Part shown: positions 11,567 to 23,800 of the stretch, piece by piece
Layout: every line of letters begins with the position of its first letter
Numbering within the stretch: the first letter of the stretch is position 1
Assembly: GCA_043228905.1 (NCBI GenBank)
Contig: JBHGNT010000006.1
Location: 15,810,001-15,874,000, forward strand
Length of the DNA stretch: 64,000 nucleotides
Direction: 5' to 3'
DNA from: Azolla caroliniana
Lineage: Eukaryota > Plantae > Polypodiophyta
Program-made: the position numbers and the translations under genes
The notes under the pieces: model-generated
What the model saw: only the letters and a program-made list of their open reading frames with translations
Databases searched by the model: none
Told to the model about the DNA's origin: nothing

Positions 11567-14500
11567 TGTTGTGGAGAAAACTGTCCCTAGGTGGAAACTG
11601 GGTATAACGTGCGTAAACCGGCCCTTACACGTGGGCACAAGTTTTGTTGTATAGTACGTAGGTAGGTACAAGTCGCCTGAGGCGAAATCCTAGGTAGTAC
11701 GCGCTCGGTAGGGAGGAAATCGAGGCGTATCCTTGCCCGAAAGGATAGGGAATAAAACATGATGTAACGAGTGGTAACAGCCTCCCTCCTTGGGTTATAA
11801 AAGAGAGGGAGAAGTGAGAGAAAGCTATCACCTTTTTTTTTGGGGAGCGAGGAGGAAGGGCTGTCGGACCGGGACCGAGCTCTCTCCTCCATCGTTCGAC
11901 TTTCTCTGCAAGATTTCAGACTGTGTTGCCTCTGCGTTGTGGGCAGCCCGTGTGCTTCTGGCAGAGGCTCCACTATGCAGTTGGGCTGAGTGCGTGTGTG
12001 AGCATCGTGTGTATGTGGGTGTGTCCGCCTGGGTTGGGTCCGTCGCCGGCTTGCCGGTTGTAATCGTTGTCGATTGTAATCAAGACTTTATTCTCTATCT
12101 CTTTCCTCCTCTGTGTTTCTGCAAGCTGCTCTCTCTCTCTCTCCCCTCTTTCTCACGCCCCTTGGTTCAAGGCCCCCATGGTCCCGCCTCTTTCCGAATG
12201 CGAAGAGCATAACAACACGACATATTTGGTGAAGCCGACGTGAAACGGGCGGCAAAGGAGCGAAGGATGAGGGGATCCGAGCTTGCTGAAGCTATGGCCG
12301 TAGCCGTCGACCAGCTAGTGAGCGCTCGCGAGGGAACGGGTGCCCTCGATAGGGCCATTGAGTCGATCGTTGGCACCATAGGTCGATTCGGTGGGAAGAA
12401 TGCCACGAGCTACTTGGAGGCCTACCGGGCTGAAATGATCATGAGGGATATCTCGGTGGACAGACGGCTGTCCGGATTCCCTCGGGTAGTGACGCCGAGC
12501 ATCCACGCAGAGGTGCTCGAGGTGCTGGCCGGATCCCGGACTTGGGAGGAGTTTGAGCTGCGGCTCCTCGAGATGTATGGGTTCGATGACTCGCTTCGAC
12601 TGTTGAAGTGAGACTTCATGGCATGGGTTGAGAGCCCAAGGAAGGGGAGAAACGCATCGGCGCTCCTCCAGGAGTTCGAGAAACGGTTCGCACGATTGTC
12701 AACACTGGACCGGACCGTGCTCGACACAAGCCGGGTACTACTGTTCGTCAAGGCGGTGGACGCCATGGACTGGGAGAAGGTGGGTCTCCTGTTGGAAATG
12801 GACGAAGGGCTCATGGCAGACTGGGCCATGGTAAGGAGGGTCTGCGGTCGTTTCGACAAGCAGCGCGAGTGGAGCGATGAGGGCTCGTCGGCGGCAAGGT
12901 CGGTCCCGACGAGGGAGCTCGAGGAGCCGGTCTCGGTACTGGCTAGGAAGGAAGAAACTCGGAGTTGGCTTGAGATGGGCTCAACCCCGAGCGGAGTGGT
13001 CAAAGGTCCCTCTTGAGGCGCGACTCTAGAAGAGCTGTTGCAGATGGTGCGAGATCTCCAAATTGCACAGGCCCGGAGGGACAATGGCGAACAGTCTCAT
13101 GACCGAAGGCCGCCGGAGGGGCAACGGTGCATGTGGTGCGACGCGGTCGGCCACATACGGAAAGAATGCACGGATTTCGTAGAGGCACTCAGGACCAACG
13201 TGGTTTATCTTTGGAATGGGAAGGTGCACGCGAGCGAGACCCGGAAAGCCCTAGAGTTGAATTCGGGGCGCGGCGGAATGAAGTGATTGATGGAAGAGGC
13301 CGCGACACGACATGCAGAGGCCGTTAACTACTCGGCGTTGGCAGGAATCCGGGTCGGGGATGATGAGGCCCGGAGAGTGAAGGACTCCGGATTCTGGCCG
13401 GTGGTGCTAGAGGGTCTCCCTAGGGTACGGTTGAAGAAGAAAGAGAGGTAGACCGCGCGGAACAGCGGATCCGGGAGGTCACCGGATGGGACGACCCGGT
13501 GGAAGAGAAGATTGGCGTCGTGGCAGCCACATGCCAGAACGACGAGGTTCTGGTAGAAGACAAGCGTGTGGGAAAAGCCGGAGGGGAAGGCCCCTCGCAA
13601 CGGTATGAGACCCGGTTCGGACTGAAGCCGAATGAGACCGTCAACACCGGCGCACCGGAGAAGAAGAAGCAGGTTGGTTTCCGGCTGAGCACCGAAATCG
13701 AACAAAAGACGGACCTACGGAAGGTCTTGGAAGAGAGAATTCTCGACAACAAGGTCGAGCTGTCGTTACGGGAGGTGCTGGGAATTGCCAAGAAGGAGTT
13801 CCACGACTCCATCGTGGACTTGGTGAAGCGGAAGAGGCTCTCGACGAAATCGAAACCGGAGAGGCCGGTGGAAGTGCGGACGATACACTTAGAAGACACA
13901 TCCCTAGAGGATGAGTTGGTGGAAAGCCACTACGTGAAGCCACATTGGGCTAGGGCCACTACGGAAACCTCTGTTCGGATCGACGACGTCCAGGAGACGG
14001 TGGTGGCAATTGTAGACCACGGTTCGGAGATCAACCTGATGTCCATGGACTTCTATAAAAGGGGGAAATGGCCGATCAACACCAAGCACAGGTGGAAGAT
14101 ACGCATGGCGACGCGCGCTACAGAGGGGCTGCATGGTGTGTGCCCGAACGTACGCGTGAAGATCGGCGACGTCGAGATAGATCAACATTTCTTCATGCAG
14201 GAGACTTCCTCACACCTGGTAATTCTCGGCGAACCGTACATTACTTTAGTGCGCATGGAGAAGAAAGTACTAGACAACGGTTCGGCGTATGCGCACATCA
14301 AGAGCCTAGACGGTCGGCATTCCGTCCAATTCATGACAGTGCGACCCAACCACGAGCGAAACCGCGAGACCCTTGGTAGCAACAATCGAGGGGATTTTTA
14401 GAGAGGGCTATCAAGGCGTGGGGCCGCGATAGTCCGAACACCCTGGAAAAACCCCACAGATGTACTATAGGCGAAAACACCTGTACCATAGGTAGAAAAT

Positions 14501-17500
14501 TTTGGTTCTCCGATAGCGGTGGTTGCACGATAACCGGTGTAGTTGGCCAGGAAAAGAAGCGGGTGGAGGAGCAGCTTCGGGCGTGCGGAGTTCTCGGCCC
14601 TGAAGAGGAAATCAACGGAGCCGTGGAGGCAGTCTCTTTCAATGACACCTTGGGGAAGTTACGGGAGGTGTTCAGAGAAGGCCTTAATGAGGACCGGACG
14701 ATTCTGGTATGTTCGGAAAAGATGTATGAAGTCATCGCCGACTTCGGTAGTGGATTCGAGTCGGATCGGACGACCCGAGTGGATATGAAGTACAAGACTG
14801 TGGACTGGAAGGTGAGGCCAGTCGCGGCACCCTTGCCGGAGGGCAGCGAGTTACGGATAAAGGAGGTTGCGTCGGACCCAAGTTTACGAGATCTAGCCAA
14901 CATAGGACACACGTTCACCGACGTAACGCTACGGGAGCTCAAGATCGGTGGGGGTGGCTTTCTACTGCCAGCGGAAGAGGACCGGTTTCGGAGAATGCTC
15001 GGGAGGCACGAGAAGGCTTTCGCATTCTCACCGGAGGAGATCGGGTGCGTAGATCCGAAGGTTGTGGAACCAATGGTGATCTTCACGGTATCGCATGTGC
15101 CGTGGAGTCTCAAACCGATTCCGGTACCTAGAGCTCACATCCCGAAGTTGATGCAGTTGCTGAAACAGAAGGTGGAGATGGGCATCCTCGAACTGTCGAG
15201 TGCCCCATATTCGAATCGGTGGTTTATTGTGCCGAAGAAGAACGACACACTGCGCTCCATATCGGATCTACAACTGGTCAACAAGGTGACCATTCAAAAC
15301 GCAGGTATAGGACCGACCATCGATGAGTTTGCGGAGGCTTTCGCAGGGCGGTCGATCTACTTGGTTGGGGACCTGTACTCAGGCTACGATCAGTTCCAGC
15401 TAGCCGTAGAGAGCAGGGATGTCACGACGATGCGAACTCCTCTCGGCCTAGTTCAGATGTATACCCTGCGGCAAGGAGGAACGAATTCGGTGGCACACAT
15501 GGTGAATGCGATGAACAAGGTGTTGAGGGACTGCATCCTGAACATCACCATGCCGTTTCTGGATGACATCCCAATCAAAGGATGTCTGGTGGAGGACAGG
15601 GATGAGTCGGTCGGGCCTAACGGTTGCCGGAGGTTCATGACGGATCACATCCGCGACTGTGAGAAGGTGCTACAAAGACTCGAGAGCGCGCCGCTCACCT
15701 TCTCCGGAGAAAAATCAGCATTCGGATAGCCGGAGATCCTGGTAGTCGGACACCTGTGTGGGCCCTATGGCCGAAAACCGTCCCCGGCAAAGGTAGAAGC
15801 CATCTCTGTAATGAAGGACGATTGCGGGTCGGTTACGGAGGTTCGCAGATTCTTGGGTGCATGCGCGTTCTACCACATCTAGATTCCACACTACGCACAT
15901 GTCGTGGAACTGCTCTACGGGCTATTGAAGAAAGGGCGTAGGTTCGAGTGGAGGACGGATCACACGGAGTCGGTCCGGAGGTTGAAGGAGGCGCTTGCTG
16001 CGGCACTAGCTCTCCAGAAAGCGGTTTATGGCAAGGAAGTCCCCATCTACGTGACGGTGGACACGAGCCCGACCGGGATCGGGTGGGTGATCAGTCAGGA
16101 GGACAAGGACGGCGTACGGTTCCTGATCCGGTTCGGGGCGAAGGTATTGAGCGAGTGGCAGTGAGGATACGCCCAAGTTAAGCGCGAGTTGTGGGGTATC
16201 GTTTCGGCAATCAAGGCCGTCAAGGACTATCTGATCAGGACGGAAGTGATCATCGAGACGGACTGCCTACCGATTCTAGGTATGGTCTCTGGATGCGTGA
16301 CTCCAGACCTAGCGATGCTCAGGTGGATCGCGTACATCAAGTCCTTGAACCCGGAGATACGACACATCTCTGAGAAAGATAATCCCATGGCCGATATGCT
16401 TTCAAGGGCGCGGTTCAGTGACGAGGATGGCATGGTTTCGGATAACGAGGAAGTTGGCGAGGATTTCTTTGGGTCAGCCAACGTAACAACAAGAAAGGGG
16501 AGCACTCCGGCGCTTAACGAATTCGACGAGAGCAAGTATGACAGGGAGTGGCTCCAGATCGGCAGGTTCCTGAAGGCAATGACACCGGACGCGGCATGGA
16601 CGAAGGAAGAGGCCAACCGGATTCGGAAGAAAGCGTACCGATTCTTTCTACGGGACGAGAGCATATGGAAGCACCCAAAGAAGAGAGATGGCATCCCGCT
16701 CCGAGTAGTGGCGAAGAAAGAGGAATAAGAAGAATTGTTGATGGCGTACCACAAGAGTCCCTGGGCCGGACACCGCGGGACGTGGGCCACATTCGAGAAA
16801 CTAAAAGGGAAGTATTGGTGGCCGGGACTATTCCGGGACGTGCATCGGTTCGTGACGACTTGCGAAACCTGTTAGGTGCACTCCATAGTCCAACATCGGG
16901 ATGAGCTCCACCCGACCTACCCTCCGACCGTCCACTTCAAGTGGATGGTGGATCTGGTGACGATGTCGATGGGGCTAGGGCAGATGCGGTATCTGGTGCT
17001 GGCTCGGGAGGACCTGACGAACCAGGTGGAAGGCCGAGCATTGTAGAACAAAACGACCGCGGCCGTGTGCCGATTTCTGATCGAAGAAGTGGTATGCCGG
17101 TACGGGTGTGTAGGTAAGATCGTGGCCGATTGTGGGGAATTGGACGCGCAAGAGGCGGAAGAGCTATTTGACCGGCTAGGAATTAAATTCTCGCTCACCA
17201 CGGCGTACAATCGGGAGGCTAATGGGAAGGTGGAGCGCGGACACAGGCCGATCATCAAAGCGTTGGTACGGGCGTGAGGAGGCCATGTTGGGAACTGGCC
17301 GCGGCTCTTACCCTATGCGTTGTGGGCGGACCGAACTACGCACGGTTCGGTAACCGGGTTCATGCCGGCAGAGCTAATGTATGGGCAGAAGCCGATCATG
17401 CCAACGGAGCAGACAATCTCCTCATGGGCCACGGTGGACTAGGACAACGAGATGAGTTGGGAGGAGCTGTTAGCGGCACGGATTCGGAAGCTGGAACGAA

Positions 17501-18616
17501 GACCGAAGGACGTGGACCGAGCCGCGGAGAAGCTACGGGTGGCGAGGGTAAAGAACAAAGGACGGTTTCGACCAGACTCACCGACTGAGACCGAAGAAGA
17601 TCGAGGAAGGCGACTGGGCTCTAGTGTATGACAACACCCTCGACAACCAGCAACGGGCAACGTGGAAGTTTGCAAGAAGGTGGTTCGGGCCTTACGCGGC
17701 GACGAGCGCCAATGACAATGGGACCTACCATCTCGCAGAGCTCGACGGGACAAGGATGACGGTACCGGTGGCGGGGAAAAGGATCAAAGCATTCAAAAAG
17801 TGGCACGAGGCTGAACCGAACCCAGACGACTTGGATAGCAACAACGACCGGCTCGGAACAGATGTCAATCCGGAAGACAAAGGATAAGCGTGGGCCAGTC
17901 TTCTCCGGCAAGAGCCTAGTTTTCGCGCATACCGATGGATGCGCGGTTAGGTGGGGGCGGATGTCGTGGAGAAAACCATCCCTAGGCGGAAACCGGGTAT
18001 AACGTGCGTAAACCGGCCCTTACACGTGGGCACAAGTTTTGTTGTATAGTACGTAGGTAGGTACAAGTCGCTTGAGGCGAAATCCTAGGTAGTACGTGCT
18101 CGGTAGGGAGGAAATCGAGGCGTATCCTTGTCCAAAAGGACAAGGAATAAAACATGATGTAACGAGTGGTAACGGCCTCCCTCCTTAGGTTATAAAAGAG
18201 AGGGAGAAGTGAGAGAAAGCTATTGCGTTTTTTTTTGGGAGCGAGGAGGAAGGGCTGTCGGACCGGGACCGAGCTCTCTCCTCCATCATTTGACTTTCTA
18301 TGCAGGATTTCGGATTGTGTTGCCTCTGCTTCGTGGGCAGCCTGTGTGCTTCCGGCAGAGGGTCCACTATGCAGTTGGGCTGAGTGCGTGCGTGCGCATC
18401 GTGTGTATGTGGGTGTGTCCGCCTGGGTTGGGTCCGTCGCCGACTTGCCGGTTGTAATCGTTGTCGATTGTAATTAAGACTTTGTTCTCTGTCTCTTTCC
18501 TCCACTGTGTTTCTGGAAGCTGCTCTCTCTCTCTCTCCCCTCTTTCTCACGCCCCTTGGTTCAAGGCCCCCGCGGTCCCGCCTCTTTCCGAACGCGAAGA
18601 GCGTAACAACAGGACA
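11567..18616 (+). mobile_element. Ty3/Gypsy non-chromovirus element D, tRNA-Trp-primed, full length but with stops
   Basis: LTRs 11567-12222 and 17962-18616. PBS TGGTGAAGCCGACGTGAA at 12227-12244. Gag knuckle CMWCDAVGHIRKEC, protease VDHGSEIN, RT GDLYSGYDQF...PFLDD, RNase H VDTSPTGIG, integrase GHRG...WWP...C..C and ADCGE. G-rich PPT before 17962. 4-bp TSD CCTG/CCGG; the host frame EAGKEV is restored on removal. Confidence 0.92.
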
Positions 18617-19449
18617 CCGGGAAAGAGGTAATCTAGATGGAGTTCATCGGGGAGCTTGGGATCCGACAGGATGAATCCCGGTTATACAACAATAGTCAAA
18701 GTGTCATCCACCTCACAAAGTACGCGTCCTACCACTGTCGGACGAAGCACATCCAGAGGAGATATCATTGGCTCTAGGAAAAGGTAGAAGATAAAGATTT
18801 CGTGCTGACGAAGATCCATACAGAGGAGAATGGGTCAGACATGCTAACCAAGGTGCTGTCAACCGACAAGCTGGACGTGTGCTAGAGACGGATTAGAATG
18901 ACGAGACATCCTACGCCGGAGTGAAGGGGGAGTTTGTTGGGAAACAGGTCCCTCCGGATGGGATCCAGATGAACCGAAGGAAGGAACCGGACCAGTCGGA
19001 TCCGAAAGGTATCTGGATGGATCCGGTGTGAACCGGATCTAGAGGCATATCTATAAATATGTTTCTAGTGTGCCTGTCATGGCCATATTTGTAAATAGTC
19101 GTAAAGTCATATAAGTATAAATATGACTTAGGGCAATCACTTTGTGTAGTCGTTGGTTGTTATCATTATTGTTGCACAGTGAGGCTGAGAGAGTGAGAGA
19201 GAAACAGAAAGTATCTTCTGTTGTAACCGTTGGTTGGCGAAGTCATAGAGCTCGAGGTCGTTGCCTCTAAGTCTCGCATTGTATCCTTCCTCTCATAGTG
19301 ATAGTTGGAGTTTGTAGGCTCCCGTGGTTTTTCCTAATTAGGGTTTTCCACGTAAACATCTTCTGTCCTCTCATTTCTGGTTTTCTGTTTCTTCCATTGA
19401 GTGTAAGACTCGGTTGTGGTTCAATGCTATTCCGCACAATTTCCTTATA

Positions 19450-19603
19450 GAACATGGTGTTTTTGCTAGAACTCTTTAGCTTATGTTCTATTTTATTTTA
19501 TTTTTATTTTACTATCGATTAATGGGTAAATACTCCATTTTTATTGTAAACCAATTGTCTCATGGACCAATTTTGGTCTTAGAAGACGTTAATATATATT
19601 TCC

Positions 19604-19656
<53 letters not shown>

Positions 19657-19665
19657 TCCCTCTCT
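19450..19665 (+). mobile_element. 3' end of a LINE (same family as 39871-44782) running into a (CT)n tract
   Basis: gaacatg...atgggtaaata...tgtaaacca.ttgtctcatgg...ttagaagacgttaatatat aligns with 44625-44760 and is followed by (CT)n. Confidence 0.8.
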
Positions 19666-20020
19666 ATGTTTTTCCTAGTTGTCTTCCAGTATTCGGCTGA
19701 GCCAACTGTGTCTTTTGTTTGTACAAGCTTCTGCATGCAATCTTTTTCATGGTATCAGAGCGAAGGGGTTGAAGATCCGCTGCATCCGACAAAGCAAACA
19801 AGATACAAAGACAAGCTTTTGTCTTCTGGACATGTGAAGGATAGGAATATGGACAGAGCCATGGGGAGTTCCTTGCCGATTGAAAAGCTCGACAAGAACA
19901 ACTACACATCTTGGGAGTACAAGATGCACTAGTATTGTTTGGCCACGAATACTGGAGTTATATTGAATGTGCAAACGAAGTAGCTGCCGAGCCGATGAAA
20001 AGAATTTTCCCGGCATCCTG
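19666..20020 (+). mobile_element. Copia fragment (H-like family): LTR end, PBS and gag start
   Basis: ...TTTTCA then TGGTATCAGAGC at 19750-19761. MDRAMGSSLPIEKLDKNNYTSWEYKMH is homologous to H gag MDRGIASLFPVEKLDRSNYASWSYKMH. Confidence 0.8.
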
Positions 20021-20244
20021 TATAGGCCAAAGAAGCCAAGAGCTGAAAGGACGTTAGGGCCGATATTCTTATTCATAGTAATAGGAATATCTTTAGGAAT
20101 CAATGTCAAATGCTCAATTATGAGCATTCCAGTACTTGTCATTACTTGAGTTAGCCTATGTCAGAGGCTTGTATAAAAGTGGTCACTATTATAAAAGTTA
20201 TTTTTTGTAATAGAAAGTTGTTGTCTGCTATATTCAGCCTAAAC

Positions 20245-20830
20245 CTACTTGGAAAGAGTTTGAAAATGTCCAAAAACATTTTGTTACAAAGTTTGTACGA
20301 GTTAAGAAACAAACGCCATACATCCTCCTCCTCCTCGAGATGGGATCACTTCCCATTGAGATCTTGGCCATGGAAAGGGTTGTTGAATACATGCTTAAGG
20401 TTCAAAAAGTCCCTCACATAGACTTCCTAGAATCGCATGGGAAGCAAGAAAAAAGATCCAAAAGACGCATAAAAGCAAAATTTTGTGTTCCAATTGGATG
20501 CAAGATATGAAAAAGTGGTTTCGTAGATGAGATGCAACACATTTGATTCATGATGCATCACTAGATTCCTTTGTAAATGAGGGGTTTTTACAATGCCAAT
20601 GTATCATGGCATGGGAAAAATGTGGAGGCTCGCGCTTCATACATTATACTACACATGTTGCACCTAACTACAAAACCATAGTCTTCGCAGAACGGGGAAA
20701 CAGTACACATTGATACATATTAGAGCCCATTCCGTTGGCTTCTAATCCTTGCACGAATTTCTCTCACAACCACAATGTGCACCCTTGATTGCAACATTCA
20801 TTGGTAAAGTTCTTGGACCTCCAAAGACGA
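20245..20830 (+). mobile_element. Degenerate LINE ORF2 fragment (post-RT region), second subfamily
   Basis: WKEFENVQKHFVTKFVRVKKQTPYILLLLEMGSLPIEILAMERVVEYMLKV...RLPRIAWEA parallels KSTVPHDIIRAEFSLPPMLVEALFQ...RISHRAFEA at ~43510-43655. Confidence 0.55.
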
Positions 20831-20849
20831 TCATATAATCAGGTCTGCC

Positions 20850-23800
20850 TGGTGCTGTCAAGACTGCGGGAACATGGTCTTTATGCCAAATATGAGAAGT
20901 GCACCTTTGAGTAGTCTTCTGTAGAATTTATAGGCTACATCATCTCTCCCGATGGTATTTCCATGGATCAACAGAAAGTGGCCGCAATTCAAGAATGGAA
21001 ACGTCCCACCCGGGTAAGAGACATTCAATCCGTCCTTGGCTTTGGAAATTTCTATCGTCGGTTTATTAAAGGGTTCTCCAATCTTGTACAACCGTTGGTT
21101 GCACTCATGGCAGAACTGACCCTTCTGCTGGATGTTGGCAAAACAAACTGCATTCATGGCGCTTAAATCTGTCTTTATGACTGCCCCAATACTCCTTCAC
21201 CCCGACGCAACAAAACCATTCATAGTGGAAACAGATGCGTCAAACTTCGCAATTGGCGCTATCCTCTCCCAACCCGACAACGATGGGGTACACCATCCGG
21301 TAGCTTACTACTTGCATAAATTCATATCTCCTGAGATCAACTACCTGATCTATGACAAGGAACTTGTAGCCATTTTCTCTACTTTCGAGGAATGGAGGCA
21401 TTACCTTGCTAGGGCCCAACAGTGTTCAGGTCGTAACCGACCACAAAAACCTTCTCTATTTTTCTTCTACCCAACCTTGAATTGTTGACAAGATTGATGG
21501 TCAATTTTCCTTGCCGACTATGACTTCGAAATCATTTTTTGTCTAGGAGACTGGCATAGCAAAGTCGGTGCTCTTTCTAGGTGGCTGGAGCTAGCACCCT
21601 GTCTTGAGGACAAAGCATAGGACCAACCGTCCCAATGTCTGTTGACACCTAACCAAGTTCAAATCTTTGCAACATATGTACTCCAAGACGAGACTCTCCT
21701 TGCTGAAATGATCAAAGCCACTGCAACCGATCACTTTGCTCAGGAAATCAAAGGGTGTTTCGATGACCCAACTTATTGATCACATTGAGATGACCTTGAA
21801 AATTTTTCCTTTCAAGATGGAGTACTACTTGGGAACAATCTCGTCTACGTCCCAAAAAGGTCGCGCCGAGTTCGCATCATAATTGAATGCCACGACGGTT
21901 CGCTTGCAGGCCACTTTGGGGTCGCCAAAACTTTGGAATTGATCTCTCGGGCATATTGGTGGCCCAAACAATGGAAGTTAGTCAAAGAATTCATCAAGAC
22001 TTGCGACATCTGTGCTCAATCCATCTCAGGCCCAGAGACAACGAATTTAATCGTAGTGAATGTTGTGTGCCTCCATGGGTTACCTTATGATATCGTCTTC
22101 AACTGTGGTGCCCCATTTATTTCCCTTTTTTGGAAATGTCTCTTCCATATTCTCGGCATCACCACCAAGTTATCAATGACATTCCATCCACAAACAGACG
22201 AGCAAACGGAATGCGTAAATCAAGTACTTGAGCAATATCTCCGATATGTGGCGAGTTACCAACAAGGCAATTGGACTACGTTCCTCGCACTGGCTGAATT
22301 CTCTTATAAAATAATACCCTTCATTCATCCATCGGAACCTCTCCGTTCTTTGAGAACTTTGTTTCCAATCTCGATTCAGCATATGGCTTCCCCCCGGTTC
22401 GATAAACCCCTCGGCTGAAGAGCGAGTGCGCCATCTAAAAGAAATATACCAAGATCTAACTCTTGATCTCATTAATGTGCAAGATAAAAAAAGTCAATGG
22501 CCAACAATCTACTAGCGCCAATGCCCAACTTTCAAGTAGGAGACATGGTTTGGCTACTATGGTGTTGAGCTAGTTGTGGTTCGTACGGTGAAGTCGTAGG
22601 GAGTAAGGTTAATGGGAGTTTGCGCAAATTTTTATAAGGCTTGTGAAACGATGATACAAAGATTAAGGATATAAGGAATAAGAGTTAAAAATAATGTGTG
22701 TGAGAGAGAGACGAGCATAGATAAGAGACAGAGACAATGTATAATTCAAGAAGCAAGAATATACGATATGAACATGATTTATATTAAGAATACACGATTT
22801 AGCCAACTTTACAATGCTTGATCGCAAGATGAAACTTCTCTCTACCAAATTCCGTCTTGAACCCTCGACTTAAAGGTTGAGATATAATAAACTTCCCAAA
22901 TGAGCTAGCTTGTTTGTTTGATTAGTTAATTTTCTAAATTTCCCTTGATTGATTGCTCCCTTTCCCTCTCCTCTCTTTATAGGTTCTCTCATGCATATGA
23001 TGATATGAGGGTATCTGGAATGCATGTAATGCATGTGATGCATGATCACCATTTGGTGCACATGCGTTACATGTGATGTATGATAGCGCCATCATGCTCA
23101 TCTAAGCTCTAATGTATGAAAATCAATATATCATAAGTATGATGATTGAAATCTACGTATAGAAAATAACTTATTCTAATGGTATATAGTTTGTACTTAG
23201 TGTGTGAGGTTATCGGTTCAAGCCTTTTAAACTCAATACAATATTCAAGTTTATTTTTATATCGTGAAGTAAATCCTTCACGACACCCACCCCCTTTGAA
23301 CTTGCATGTTGGTGGTGCAAAGTTTATCCAAAATCTTGGAAACACTCTTCATTCCCTTTCCGAACTGGATGTTCCCTCAAGCATTCTTTGTTTCTTTCAT
23401 GGTTAGGCCTCATGGTTAAGAACTGGGTAGTCTTTCTTCCATCTTGACTCTTGATTCTCGTGAAAGACAAACCATCATCAATCACCTTTATTTCCATCCT
23501 TACTACTGAGATGTATGGTTGACCAAAGATCATGGGGTAGGTTGATCGATTCTACACAAAAAAAATTTGATCCATCGACAGACCTCCAATTGTTACTTTC
23601 ACACTAGGACATGCTCCAGACAAATCCTCCGTCGTCTCTATCACAACTCTTATCTTCCACCCATGATTCTTGTCGATCGACCACTTTCCTTGAGCGTAAA
23701 ATTCTGATGACATCATGTTAATTTCTGATCCATGATCGATCAAAGCAATACAAGGAATTTATAGCTCCCCAATTTTTATAGGTGCCTCTATCGTTGCTCA

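Larger units (their letters stand above)
3715..19449 (+). mobile_element. Ty1/Copia LTR retrotransposon A (Tnt1/Tork-like), degenerate; hosts B, C and D
   Basis: 5' LTR ~3715-4164 (first ~55 bp missing). PBS TGGTATCAGAGC at 4168-4179. Gag knuckle CFYCGKPRHFQKNC, protease WVVDSSASFH, integrase 5319-6050, RT 10040-11566, RNase H resuming at 18617. PPT gagtgaagggggag at 18919-18932; 3' LTR 18935-~19449. Many stops and frameshifts. Confidence 0.9.
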
